This document shows positions 1 to 7,802 of a stretch of DNA of 64,000 nucleotides, in pieces (positions within the stretch are counted from its first letter, which is position 1; each line of letters opens with the position of its first letter). The stretch is taken from IMG/VR virus record IMGVR_UViG_3300028532_000002, positions 17,052 through 81,051 of that record. One strand, 5' to 3'. Source of the stretch: a virus (lineage: Duplodnaviria; Caudoviricetes). The notes beneath the pieces were generated by a model. It did no database searches and was not told the DNA's origin. It saw nothing but the letters and a program-made list of their open reading frames with translations. Both the position numbers and the translations under genes were made by a program.

Positions 1-274
1 AGGCCGCGCGGGTGCTCGGCTCAACGGCGGTCGTCGCGGGGACGCACATGCGGGAGATCTCGCGGGCGACGCTGGGCGGGAGCGGGCCGACGATGATCGA
101 GCCCAGACGGCCGACCAGTGCGGTACTCCACGCCTGCCCCGGACGCGGCGGCCCGGTCAGGTACTTCACGTACTCCTCGCGCGGGGTGCCGGTGTAGGCC
201 ACCGACGCCTGAATGTGCGGCTCACACTCGGCCAGGAACGCGGTCAGGTCAGGGGTTTCGGTCGGCCCGCTCAT
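1..274 (-). CDS. Hypothetical early protein, 3' end outside window
   Basis: ATG at 274 overlaps the Cro-like stop (ATGA); frame open to base 1 (MSGPTETPDLTAFLAECEPH...); not in supplied track. Confidence 0.65.
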   Translation of the reverse strand, partial: MSGPTETPDLTAFLAECEPHIQASVAYTGTPREEYVKYLTGPPRPGQAWSTALVGRLGSIIVGPLPPSVAREISRMCVPATTAVEPSTRAA

Positions 275-519
275 GCCGATTCGCCAAGTTCTGTGCCGTC
301 GGCCGTGGGGAGGGTGGGGAAGCTGATGTCCTCCAGCTCCGCAGCGAGCGCGTCGGCGATCCCTACCGCCGTTTCCGGCGCGGCGCGGCGCTTCCCGCGC
401 TCGATCCGGGAGATCGACGACGGCGTGACACCAGCGACATCAGCGATCTCGCGCTGTGTCAGGCCTGCCTTCTTCCTCAGCTCCCGCACGGCCAAGCCGT
501 AGATTTTTCGTGTCGCCAT
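271..519 (-). CDS. Cro-like XRE helix-turn-helix regulator
   Basis: VRELRKKAGLTQREIADVAGVTPSSISRIERG is a classic HTH_3 signature; divergent from repressor-like gene. Confidence 0.9.
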   Translation of the reverse strand: MATRKIYGLAVRELRKKAGLTQREIADVAGVTPSSISRIERGKRRAAPETAVGIADALAAELEDISFPTLPTADGTELGESA

Positions 520-571
520 GAGGGCACTCTAGGGGACTTCTGGGCACATTCACAACCCTTGAAGGGTTCTT
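520..571 (-). promoter_or_regulatory. Leaderless promoter of the cro-like gene with overlapping operator palindrome
   Basis: Minus strand TTGTGA(555-550)-N18-TAGAGT(531-526)-N6-ATG(519); palindrome AACCCTT-G-AAGGGTT at 554-568 overlaps the -35. Confidence 0.6.
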
Positions 572-735
572 TTGGGTTCATGCGGAGTCCCAAACCCCAC
601 CAGTAAAGTTGGGAACTTTTTTGCACCCGGCTATCCGTCGAGAATCCTTACGGGGTAGCATCTGCGCGAGACTGGGGCCCGAGCCCAAATGTGCCCAAAG
701 GGCCCCTTCGGGGGGTGAATCGCGAAGGAGCGAGC

Positions 736-1308
736 ATGACTGACACGCCTGAACTCGACTACTGGAAGCGCATCGCAAGTTGCCTACAGCGACAGCGCGT
801 AACGCTGCACCCCGACTACGCGGTGCGTCGGGCGTGGATCAAGCACACCGTCCCTCTCGGACTGAAGAAACGGGTCGTGGACGACCTGGAACAAGGAGCC
901 CGCGGCAACTTCAAAAAGTCGACACTCGCCCTGGCCGAACGGCTCTATGGTCTGCCTGAGGGGTGGATTACCGACTCCCTCGAATCGATGCGCGCCGGCG
1001 GAGACCCCCTCCCTCTCCCCGAGCAGCCCGTCTCCCACACCGGCCCCATACTTGTGCCCGCAGGACAGCACCCGCCGGGCCATCAAGGCGAGCCAGCGCA
1101 GATACTGCGCGGCATCCCTCCCCTGGAGAAGGACGAGAAGCTCACCGTCTGGGACTCCGGAGACGGCCGGCTGGACTACGAGTTCGTGAAGAAGGAGATC
1201 CCTGGAGCCCGGTCGCCCGTGACGCTCACCGCGGACTACCCGGCCGAGGACACCCTGGAGGCCGTGGTGCGGCGCCTACGCCACACGGTTCTCGGTCTTC
1301 ACAGGTGA
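736..1308 (+). CDS. Putative immunity repressor
   Basis: AAGGAG RBS before ATG 736; divergent from cro; helical N-terminal domain ending ...STLALAERLYGLPEGWITDSL resembles actinophage repressors. Confidence 0.65.
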   Translation: MTDTPELDYWKRIASCLQRQRVTLHPDYAVRRAWIKHTVPLGLKKRVVDDLEQGARGNFKKSTLALAERLYGLPEGWITDSLESMRAGGDPLPLPEQPVSHTGPILVPAGQHPPGHQGEPAQILRGIPPLEKDEKLTVWDSGDGRLDYEFVKKEIPGARSPVTLTADYPAEDTLEAVVRRLRHTVLGLHR

Positions 1309-1566
1309 ACACCAGGTGACCTGGTGAACCGGATTTACCTCTTGTGCGTCGTATTGTCACGAGGCGATGTAAACCCCGCCTCTGCATAGCCATGCCCGAA
1401 CGACCTTTTGTGGCGTTTTGCCTGGTCAGATAGGGTAAAATTTGTCACGACGGTGTGATTTGGGCTTTACCAAAGTGACCCAGATCACATAGCGTCGCAG
1501 ATCCGCCCACCCGGGCACCCCCGACCTTCCCCCGGGGCCTCCTACCACGACGCGAGGCGGTCTACG

Positions 1567-1914
1567 GTGATCCCCTACCCCTTCCACCCACCATCCGACG
1601 GCCGGATGATCCCCTTCTACGTCACCATCGCGAAGCTGGGTGACAGCAGCCGAGCTGGGCAGCGCTTCGTCTTCGATGACCGCATCGTGTGGGCCCTCCA
1701 GGACCACGCACCCGTCACCGAAACCGCCGTCGCAAGCTTCAACGACTTGTCCGAGGCCGAGCAGATCGCCATGCTCATCGGCTTCAACATCCACTGGCCG
1801 CTCGAAGCGGTCCGCCGCAACCCCGAAGCCGCGCTGGGTCCCCTCTACCGCGGCTTCGCTACTGCGGACATCATCCCGGCAGCGCTCCAGGAACCCGCCC
1901 GACTCAGGGCATAG
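1567..1914 (+). CDS. Hypothetical protein downstream of repressor
   Basis: 115-aa ORF followed by a terminator; no HEXXH motif; start uncertain. Confidence 0.5.
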   Translation: MIPYPFHPPSDGRMIPFYVTIAKLGDSSRAGQRFVFDDRIVWALQDHAPVTETAVASFNDLSEAEQIAMLIGFNIHWPLEAVRRNPEAALGPLYRGFATADIIPAALQEPARLRA

Positions 1915-1930
1915 CCCCCAGGGCATAGAC

Positions 1931-1958
1931 AAGCCCCGGCCGTTCGGCCGGGGCTTTC
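1931..1958. terminator. Intrinsic terminator between convergent genes
   Basis: AAGCCCCGGCC-GTTC-GGCCGGGGCTT followed by TT. Confidence 0.8.
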
Positions 1959-1969
1959 CCGTGCACCAC

Positions 1970-3703
1970 CTACGCGGCAAGCACGCCCTTCCACGCGACC
2001 CTGACATGCTGCTCAGGCAGAAGCTTGCGCCGACCCACATTCCCCACGGCCAGCATCCGCACCTCCTTCGCAAGCAGCCGCACAGCTGCCCGCCGCTGCG
2101 CTTGCGTCCACCCGGACCACACTCGACGGGCCGCCTGCGCAGACCCCGCAGCCAGCTCCACCAGAAGCGGATCCACCATCACCGGACGCGCCGCCACCCG
2201 CGCCGCCTCCAGCTGCATCAGCAACGGCTTCTCCGCGCGCTCCCCCATCTGCCAGGAAACCCGTCCTGCCTCTACCGCCTCATACAGGCCGGCAAGCTCA
2301 GCCTCCAGCTCCTCGACCTGCTTCTCGGCCGCCGTCAGCGCCTCCCGATTCTCCCGAGGGACCAGAGCAGCCCGCACATCCGGGTGCTCCAGCCGGTCGA
2401 ACAGGAACGACTGGAACGCCTCGTCGAGAACCGCCACCCGCCGCGACCCGTGAACCGGCGCCCCCTTCCCCAGCCCCACACACCGGTACAGACGGACGTT
2501 CTCCCGCTTGATCGGCACCGCGTACACCACGGCCCCACACTCATCGCACAGCGCGATCCCCGACAGCAGATCCATCGAGGATTGCTCCCGCGGGAGCCGT
2601 CCGTTGTTGTTCTCCTTCGGAGTGAGTGCCTCCTGGACCGCCTGCCACCGCGGCGGCGCCAGCACCGCCTGCCAGCCGCCCTGCTCGATCACCCGCCCGT
2701 TGTACCCGCGCTTGCCCTTCAGCGTGGGGGAGGACAGCAGCTGCTTCACCGTCTTGTGCGTCCACCCCTTCGACCGCACCTTCCGGCCGTTCTTCAGCTC
2801 CCGCGTCTCCCCCAGGAGTTGCCCACGTGGCGTCCGCACCCCACGCCGGTTCAAGTCCGCAGCGATCGCCGTGGGGGTGTGCTTGTCCTCAAGCAGCCGA
2901 TCCGCGATCTCCACGACGAGAGCCGCCCGCTGAGGGTGGATCACCTGCCGCACCAGCTCCCCAGTGTCCGGGTCGTAGTCCCGGGTGTACGCGTAGTGGG
3001 CGTACCCGTGCGGGCGCCCTTCCTCCGCGTGCGCATCCACGTCCCGCAGCACCCGCTTCCGAGTGGTGCCGGACTCCTGAATCACCTTGGCCATCTGCGT
3101 GTCGAGGTACCCCATGTCATCGGGGTCGTTGGTGTCCCAGAGTCGTTTGTCGAGTCCGATGTAGACATTGTTGTCCTGGCAGGCCAGCACCAGGTGCGCC
3201 CACACCATCCTGTCGCGGGTGCCTCGGGACAGCTCCCACAGCCACAGGATGTCTGCGCCACCTGCGCGAATCAGTGCCTCGACCTTGGGCCAGTCCTCCC
3301 GAACTCCGGCCGCCCACTCGCTAGCGGAGATGTCGTTGTCGGAGAACTCGGCCACCACATCCCAGTCGTGCTCCTCTGCCCGTCTGCGGCCGATCTTCAG
3401 CTGCTGACCTACCGACCGGCCCTGATGGGAGTCCTGAGACACGCGCGCGTAGATGACGACGCGCAGCCGCCGCGGGGGCATCCTCGCACCGGACATACCG
3501 GCCGCACCCAGGCGAGCCTCGTGTAGGGCAGTTACGCTGGCCCCGTGCCCGCCCGTGGCAGCCACCCTGTGCCCGGCAGGGCCGCGCCCGTTCGCCGTCG
3601 CACATATCGGGGAAGATCTATGGCCCCTCACCAGCCCAAACGTGCGCTCTGCGGTGCATGGCGCGTACTGAGTGTGGCGGAAGCTCGTCAAGACTGAGGG
3701 CAT
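1970..3703 (-). CDS. int: Large serine integrase (resolvase, recombinase and zinc-ribbon domains)
   Basis: VIYARVS catalytic Ser motif, WELSRGTR, recombinase domain, CDECG...YRC zinc ribbon, coiled coil; start may be 3481, 3496 or 3703. Confidence 0.95.
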   Translation of the reverse strand: MPSVLTSFRHTQYAPCTAERTFGLVRGHRSSPICATANGRGPAGHRVAATGGHGASVTALHEARLGAAGMSGARMPPRRLRVVIYARVSQDSHQGRSVGQQLKIGRRRAEEHDWDVVAEFSDNDISASEWAAGVREDWPKVEALIRAGGADILWLWELSRGTRDRMVWAHLVLACQDNNVYIGLDKRLWDTNDPDDMGYLDTQMAKVIQESGTTRKRVLRDVDAHAEEGRPHGYAHYAYTRDYDPDTGELVRQVIHPQRAALVVEIADRLLEDKHTPTAIAADLNRRGVRTPRGQLLGETRELKNGRKVRSKGWTHKTVKQLLSSPTLKGKRGYNGRVIEQGGWQAVLAPPRWQAVQEALTPKENNNGRLPREQSSMDLLSGIALCDECGAVVYAVPIKRENVRLYRCVGLGKGAPVHGSRRVAVLDEAFQSFLFDRLEHPDVRAALVPRENREALTAAEKQVEELEAELAGLYEAVEAGRVSWQMGERAEKPLLMQLEAARVAARPVMVDPLLVELAAGSAQAARRVWSGWTQAQRRAAVRLLAKEVRMLAVGNVGRRKLLPEQHVRVAWKGVLAA

Positions 3704-3733
3704 GGGGCTATAGTAGACCCCGAATCACCACAC

Positions 3734-3765
3734 TAAGAGTTCTTCGCCTTGCTGAAGAACCCTTA
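3734..3765. other. Candidate attP-like inverted repeat
   Basis: TAAGAGTTCTTC-gccTTgct-GAAGAACCCTTA, 12-bp arms with 1 mismatch, centred on TT (3749-3750), in AT-rich DNA just upstream of int. Confidence 0.45.
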
Positions 3766-3852
3766 ATAGCACCTTAAATATGTGCGCCCCCGGGCGGTGC
3801 GGACACACCACCTGAGGGCTGACCCGCCCCTGAGCACACCAGGAGACGAGCT

Positions 3853-4047
3853 GTGATGACCGTACCCTCTGGCGTCCCCGTGGACGCCGCCGCCCTCGCG
3901 CTTGACGGGATTGTGACCCTCGCGCGAATGCTGACCCTCACCGAGTGGGCTGTGCTCGTCGCCTGCTTCTCCCTCCTCGCGGCGACGTTCTTCCTCGCGA
4001 CCTTCACCCGTCCGTTCTTCGTGGATCAGGCCCCCTCCTCCCGATAG
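3853..4047 (+). CDS. Small membrane protein, first gene of transfer operon
   Basis: AGGAG RBS; hydrophobic segment WAVLVACFSLLAATFFLATF. Confidence 0.6.
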   Translation: MMTVPSGVPVDAAALALDGIVTLARMLTLTEWAVLVACFSLLAATFFLATFTRPFFVDQAPSSR

Positions 4048-4124
4048 GCGTGCGGCCCCGCTGGTACCCGCCCCTGCACCCGTCGGGCGCCGGCGGGACT
4101 GTACGCCCACAACAAGGAGGACCC

Positions 4125-4256
4125 ATGGCCACCGTGATCATCTACCGCGTCGACGGCACCGAAGAGACCAAGACGGTTCGGGACGAGGACACCGCCCAGT
4201 ACGACGACCTGCCGTTCACCGACCCGAACGTGGTCCGCACCGAGATCCGATTCTGA
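4125..4256 (+). CDS. 43-aa acidic hypothetical protein
   Basis: AAGGAGG RBS before ATG 4125; MATVIIYRVDGTEETKTVRDED... Confidence 0.65.
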   Translation: MATVIIYRVDGTEETKTVRDEDTAQYDDLPFTDPNVVRTEIRF

Positions 4257-4453
4257 TGCCCGGCCGAGTCGCCGCTGGCGTCGCCATCAGCGCGGGAACG
4301 CACGCGCTGATCGACAGGCGTTGGCCGGTGCGCGAGTGGATGGACCGCGCCGGCGCCAGCCGATTCCGACAGCACGGCGGCGCGGCGCATGTCGACCAGG
4401 CCATGCATCACGTCGCCCTGTACGCCGCGGCCCTCGTGATCGCTGGCCGCTGA
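4256..4453 (+). CDS. DUF3307-like membrane protein, C-terminal half only
   Basis: THALIDRRWPVREWM...GGAAHVDQAMH matches the C-terminal part of a family I recall from actinomycete conjugative elements; TGATG coupling. Confidence 0.55.
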   Translation: MPGRVAAGVAISAGTHALIDRRWPVREWMDRAGASRFRQHGGAAHVDQAMHHVALYAAALVIAGR

Positions 4454-4505
4454 ACATCTGCCCGCCCCCTCGCCGGGGGCGGGCCCCACTCTCCTGGAGG
4501 ATCCG

Positions 4506-4751
4506 GTGTCCGACACCGCGACTGCCCGCAGTGTCGGGCCCCACACCCAGCTCGGTCCCGCCTGGACCCGGCTGCCGACCAACCCCGAGCGCTCCCGCGA
4601 GGCCGCCGACCGCGCCCTGGCCGAGTGCCAGGTCGACCCGACCACGGGCCTGTGGCCGTCGGGTCGGGGCCCCTCCCCGTCGTGGCAGCGGCTGATCAAG
4701 GAAGCCGCTGCGGCGGCTACGGCGGCCGACGAGGAGGAGATCGCAGCATGA
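4506..4751 (+). CDS. Hypothetical protein
   Basis: GGAGG RBS; stop overlaps next ATG. Confidence 0.55.
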   Translation: MSDTATARSVGPHTQLGPAWTRLPTNPERSREAADRALAECQVDPTTGLWPSGRGPSPSWQRLIKEAAAAATAADEEEIAA

Positions 4752-5194
4752 TCGAGTCCGCCAACATCGCCGCCAGCGTGGTGTTCCTGATCGTCGCGTT
4801 GGTCCTGTGGTTCGCGAAGACCTGGCCCAAGTTGCAGCTCATCCTGTTCATCCTCGCGGGTGCGGGCATGTCCGCCGGGGTCATCGGCGGCGGGATCCAG
4901 GACGGTGTCGTCGGTCTGATCGACGGCGTGAACCGGGGCATGGTCTGGGCGTTCGGGTCGCCCGTTCCCGGGCTGCTCGCCGTCCTCGCCGTCGTCATCA
5001 TCGTCCTGACCTGGATGGGCAAGGTGGGGTGGATGAAGAAGGCCGCCCGCTATGTGCCGGGCCTCACCGCGCTGGCCGCGCCGATCATCTGGCACCTGAC
5101 GGGCGGGATTTTCGCCCCCCTCGCTCTGATCGTCGGCAGCTTCGGTTCCATCATCGGCGCGATCATCTTCGGAACCATGGGCCTGACCTTCTAA
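4748..5194 (+). CDS. Multi-pass membrane protein (transfer/spread accessory)
   Basis: ATGA overlap; 4-5 hydrophobic helices; upstream of traB. Confidence 0.75.
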   Translation: MIESANIAASVVFLIVALVLWFAKTWPKLQLILFILAGAGMSAGVIGGGIQDGVVGLIDGVNRGMVWAFGSPVPGLLAVLAVVIIVLTWMGKVGWMKKAARYVPGLTALAAPIIWHLTGGIFAPLALIVGSFGSIIGAIIFGTMGLTF

Positions 5195-5211
5195 CCCCTC
5201 TCGGAGGAACC

Positions 5212-5499
5212 ATGCGTAGTACCCGTAACTCCCTGTTCGCCGTCGCCATCGGCGGAAGCATCGGCTTCCTGGCCGTCCGCCCCGACCTTGGCGCCGTTGG
5301 TGAAGTCCTGGACGCGCAGGCCGAGATCCTCGGACTCGAGATCGCCATGGTCGCCCCGGTCCTGTTTCTCCTCGCCGTGCTGACCGTCTTCCTCTTCGTC
5401 CTGGTCGAGATCGTGACCGGGGTCGTGGACCTCGTTACCTGGCTGATCCGGCGCCACCGCAACCGCAACGCCCCCGCGGAGGTGCACGGTGACCGCTGA
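5212..5499 (+). CDS. Two-helix membrane protein
   Basis: GGAGG RBS; hydrophobic segments; overlaps traB start. Confidence 0.7.
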   Translation: MRSTRNSLFAVAIGGSIGFLAVRPDLGAVGEVLDAQAEILGLEIAMVAPVLFLLAVLTVFLFVLVEIVTGVVDLVTWLIRRHRNRNAPAEVHGDR

Positions 5500-7573
5500 G
5501 CCGACCGACGCTCAGGTCATCCCGCTGCGCCCCCGGCGTGACGCCGAGGACCGGCCGATCCGTCCCGAGTGGACGGGCCGCGCCGGCCGTCGGCGTGCCG
5601 ACCGGCCGACCGTCGGGGCGTCGGGTGGACCCGCCGCCCGACCCGACACCCCGACCGACCACCCGACGCCCGACCCCGACCTGGAGAAGACGCAGGTCAT
5701 CAGGCGTCGGCGTCTACCGACCCTGCCGTCGGGGATCGGCGCGGCCACGCTCGCCGTGCCCGCCCGGTGCGCGTGCTGCGTGGGGCGCGGCATCAAGGCC
5801 GGCGGGGACCGGTTCGGCGAGTGGGCGTCCGAGAAGGGCCACAAGGCCGAGCGGGCGAAGAAGACCCTCTGGTGGGTCGTCGGCGGGGTGGCCGTCCTGT
5901 ACGTGACCGCTCCCTATGGCCTGCTGTGCCTGCTCACCGTCGGCGCCATCGCCGCGGTGGTCGCGGGCCGGAGGGTCCCTCCGGCGGTGTCGGGTGGGGC
6001 CGACGCTCCGGGCAGGACGTTCACCGGCCCGACCGCTCCCCGAGCCGACACGTCGGGCAACGAACCGACCATCCCGGCCGACCACCCGACGCCTCCCCCG
6101 CTGCCCGACTACACGGTGGCCGACCACCCGACCGACAGCACCGACGGCGCGAGCCGCTACTCCGGGCCCGCCATGACGGCCCGCATCACCCCGGCGACCC
6201 TGACCGCCGAAGCGCTCCCCACCCTGCTCGCCCAGGCCGGGATCATCCGACCGGCCGACCGACGGCTGGTCGTCGTCGAGGGAGAACCGACCCGACACCC
6301 GACCGGGGCGGTGTCGGCGTCCATGCTGCTGCCGCCCGGCGCCGACGCGGAGGAGGTCATCGCGCAGGCGCGGGTGGTCGCGTCCGCGCTGGGTGTCGGC
6401 AAGATGCTCGTCGGGCTGTCGGCCGACCCCGAGCACGCGGGTCGGCTGGAGCTGTATGTGGCCGACGCCGACCCGTTCACGGAGTCGGTTCCGTCGCCGT
6501 TGGTCGGTCGGGAGGAGGAGCTGTCGGTGTGGGAACGGCTGCCGGTCGGGTGGGACGTGCGTATGGACTCGGTTGCGCTGCGTCTGGTTGACGCGTCCAT
6601 GCTCATCGCCGGAGAGCCCCGCGCCGGGAAGAGCGTGGCGCTGTCGGAGATCATCGCCGCGTTCGCCTTGGACCCCTCTGCGGACCTGTTCCTGTTCGAT
6701 GGCAAGGGCGCTGGCGACCAGGCGGTGTGGAGGCCCGTCGCGCGGGTGTTCTGCAAGCGCAACGCCGAGATGCTGCGGGTCCACCTGGAGTGGGCGGTGG
6801 AGGAGATGGAGCGGCGGTTCGACGCCCTGGAGGAGGACGGGCGCGACACCAAGCTCACGCCGGAGATCGCCGAGGACCTGGGATTCAACGTGAGCTTGCT
6901 GGCCGTGGACGAGACCCGCTACTACATGTCGGATCCCACGCACGGCAAGGCGATCGCCCGCCTGGCGGTGGACCTCGCGGCTCGCGGCCCGGCGGCCGGG
7001 ATGATCTCGGCGTGGGCCACCCAGTACATGGACAAGACCGCCATCCCCCCACAGCTCAAGGGTGTGTGCTCGCTGCGGTGGGCGTTCCGCACCCCGGACG
7101 CGGTCGCGAGCAACCTCGTGTTGGGTCCAGGGGCGGTCGGCCGTGGCTACAACTCCTCCAGGATTCCCCGGGTGACGCACCGCGGCGTCAGCATTCTGGA
7201 CGCGGACGGCGACGAGCCTCAGATGATGCGCACCCACTACCTGACCCCGGCCGAGCTGCGCGAGATCGCGGACACCGCGACCGCGCTGCGCGGCGGCCCG
7301 GTGGAGGCCAGCGAGCCCGCGGCGGCGGATGCCGACGGGGCGCAGGTGCTGGAGCGGGCGCTGGCGGCGCTCGCCGACAACGAGGACCGAGTCGAGCGCG
7401 ACGACCTCGCCGAGCGGCTCGACGTGGACCCGGACGACCTCAGGGCCCGGCTCAGAACGGCCGGCGCGGGCGCCCCGCAGAGCATGCGGATCAACGGCGT
7501 TCCGAACGCGCGCGGCTGGTATCGGCGGGTCCTGGAGGAGGCGTTGGACGCTGTCACGGACGCGCCGCCGTGA
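5489..7573 (+). CDS. traB: TraB-type FtsK/SpoIIIE conjugal DNA translocase
   Basis: N-terminal TM pair, Walker A GEPRAGKS, FLFDGKG, Walker B LLAVDE, WATQY, C-terminal winged-helix-like ERDDLAERLDVDPDDLRARL. Confidence 0.9.
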   Translation: MTAEPTDAQVIPLRPRRDAEDRPIRPEWTGRAGRRRADRPTVGASGGPAARPDTPTDHPTPDPDLEKTQVIRRRRLPTLPSGIGAATLAVPARCACCVGRGIKAGGDRFGEWASEKGHKAERAKKTLWWVVGGVAVLYVTAPYGLLCLLTVGAIAAVVAGRRVPPAVSGGADAPGRTFTGPTAPRADTSGNEPTIPADHPTPPPLPDYTVADHPTDSTDGASRYSGPAMTARITPATLTAEALPTLLAQAGIIRPADRRLVVVEGEPTRHPTGAVSASMLLPPGADAEEVIAQARVVASALGVGKMLVGLSADPEHAGRLELYVADADPFTESVPSPLVGREEELSVWERLPVGWDVRMDSVALRLVDASMLIAGEPRAGKSVALSEIIAAFALDPSADLFLFDGKGAGDQAVWRPVARVFCKRNAEMLRVHLEWAVEEMERRFDALEEDGRDTKLTPEIAEDLGFNVSLLAVDETRYYMSDPTHGKAIARLAVDLAARGPAAGMISAWATQYMDKTAIPPQLKGVCSLRWAFRTPDAVASNLVLGPGAVGRGYNSSRIPRVTHRGVSILDADGDEPQMMRTHYLTPAELREIADTATALRGGPVEASEPAAADADGAQVLERALAALADNEDRVERDDLAERLDVDPDDLRARLRTAGAGAPQSMRINGVPNARGWYRRVLEEALDAVTDAPP

Positions 7574-7660
7574 CGTCACGCCCCGCGCGCGTGACAGGCG
7601 CGTGACACCAGGGCGTGACACCGATTCACCTGCATAAACACCCGTGTGGCGGGCGTGACA
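7552..7660 (+). repeat. clt-like cluster of 8-bp direct repeats (GCGTGACA)
   Basis: Exact copies at 7589, 7600, 7613 and 7653; variants CCGTGACG at 7569 and inverted TGTCACGG at 7552; immediately 3' of traB. Confidence 0.7.
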
Positions 7661-7802
7661 CTCACCCCGACCACACCCCAGAAAACGGCCCCCAGGAGGG
7701 GGTCCGGCGCCACCGCCACACCGCCACACCACACAGAAGCGGCCTGCCCCCTACCGGCCAAGGACCAGGGGCGGGCCTAGACCCCGAGAAGGAGCCTGAA
7801 CC

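Noticed and set aside
1567-1914. ImmA/IrrE anti-repressor protease
   Set aside because: Position fits but there is no HEXXH motif
1640-3526. Long alternative-frame and antisense ORFs (also 5714..7732, 7662..9206, 16474..18813, 18810..20627, 29268..31211, 36924..38966, 48390..50129 and others)
   Set aside because: Shadow ORFs of GC-rich genes: R/P/G-rich, no motifs, overlapping better-supported genes
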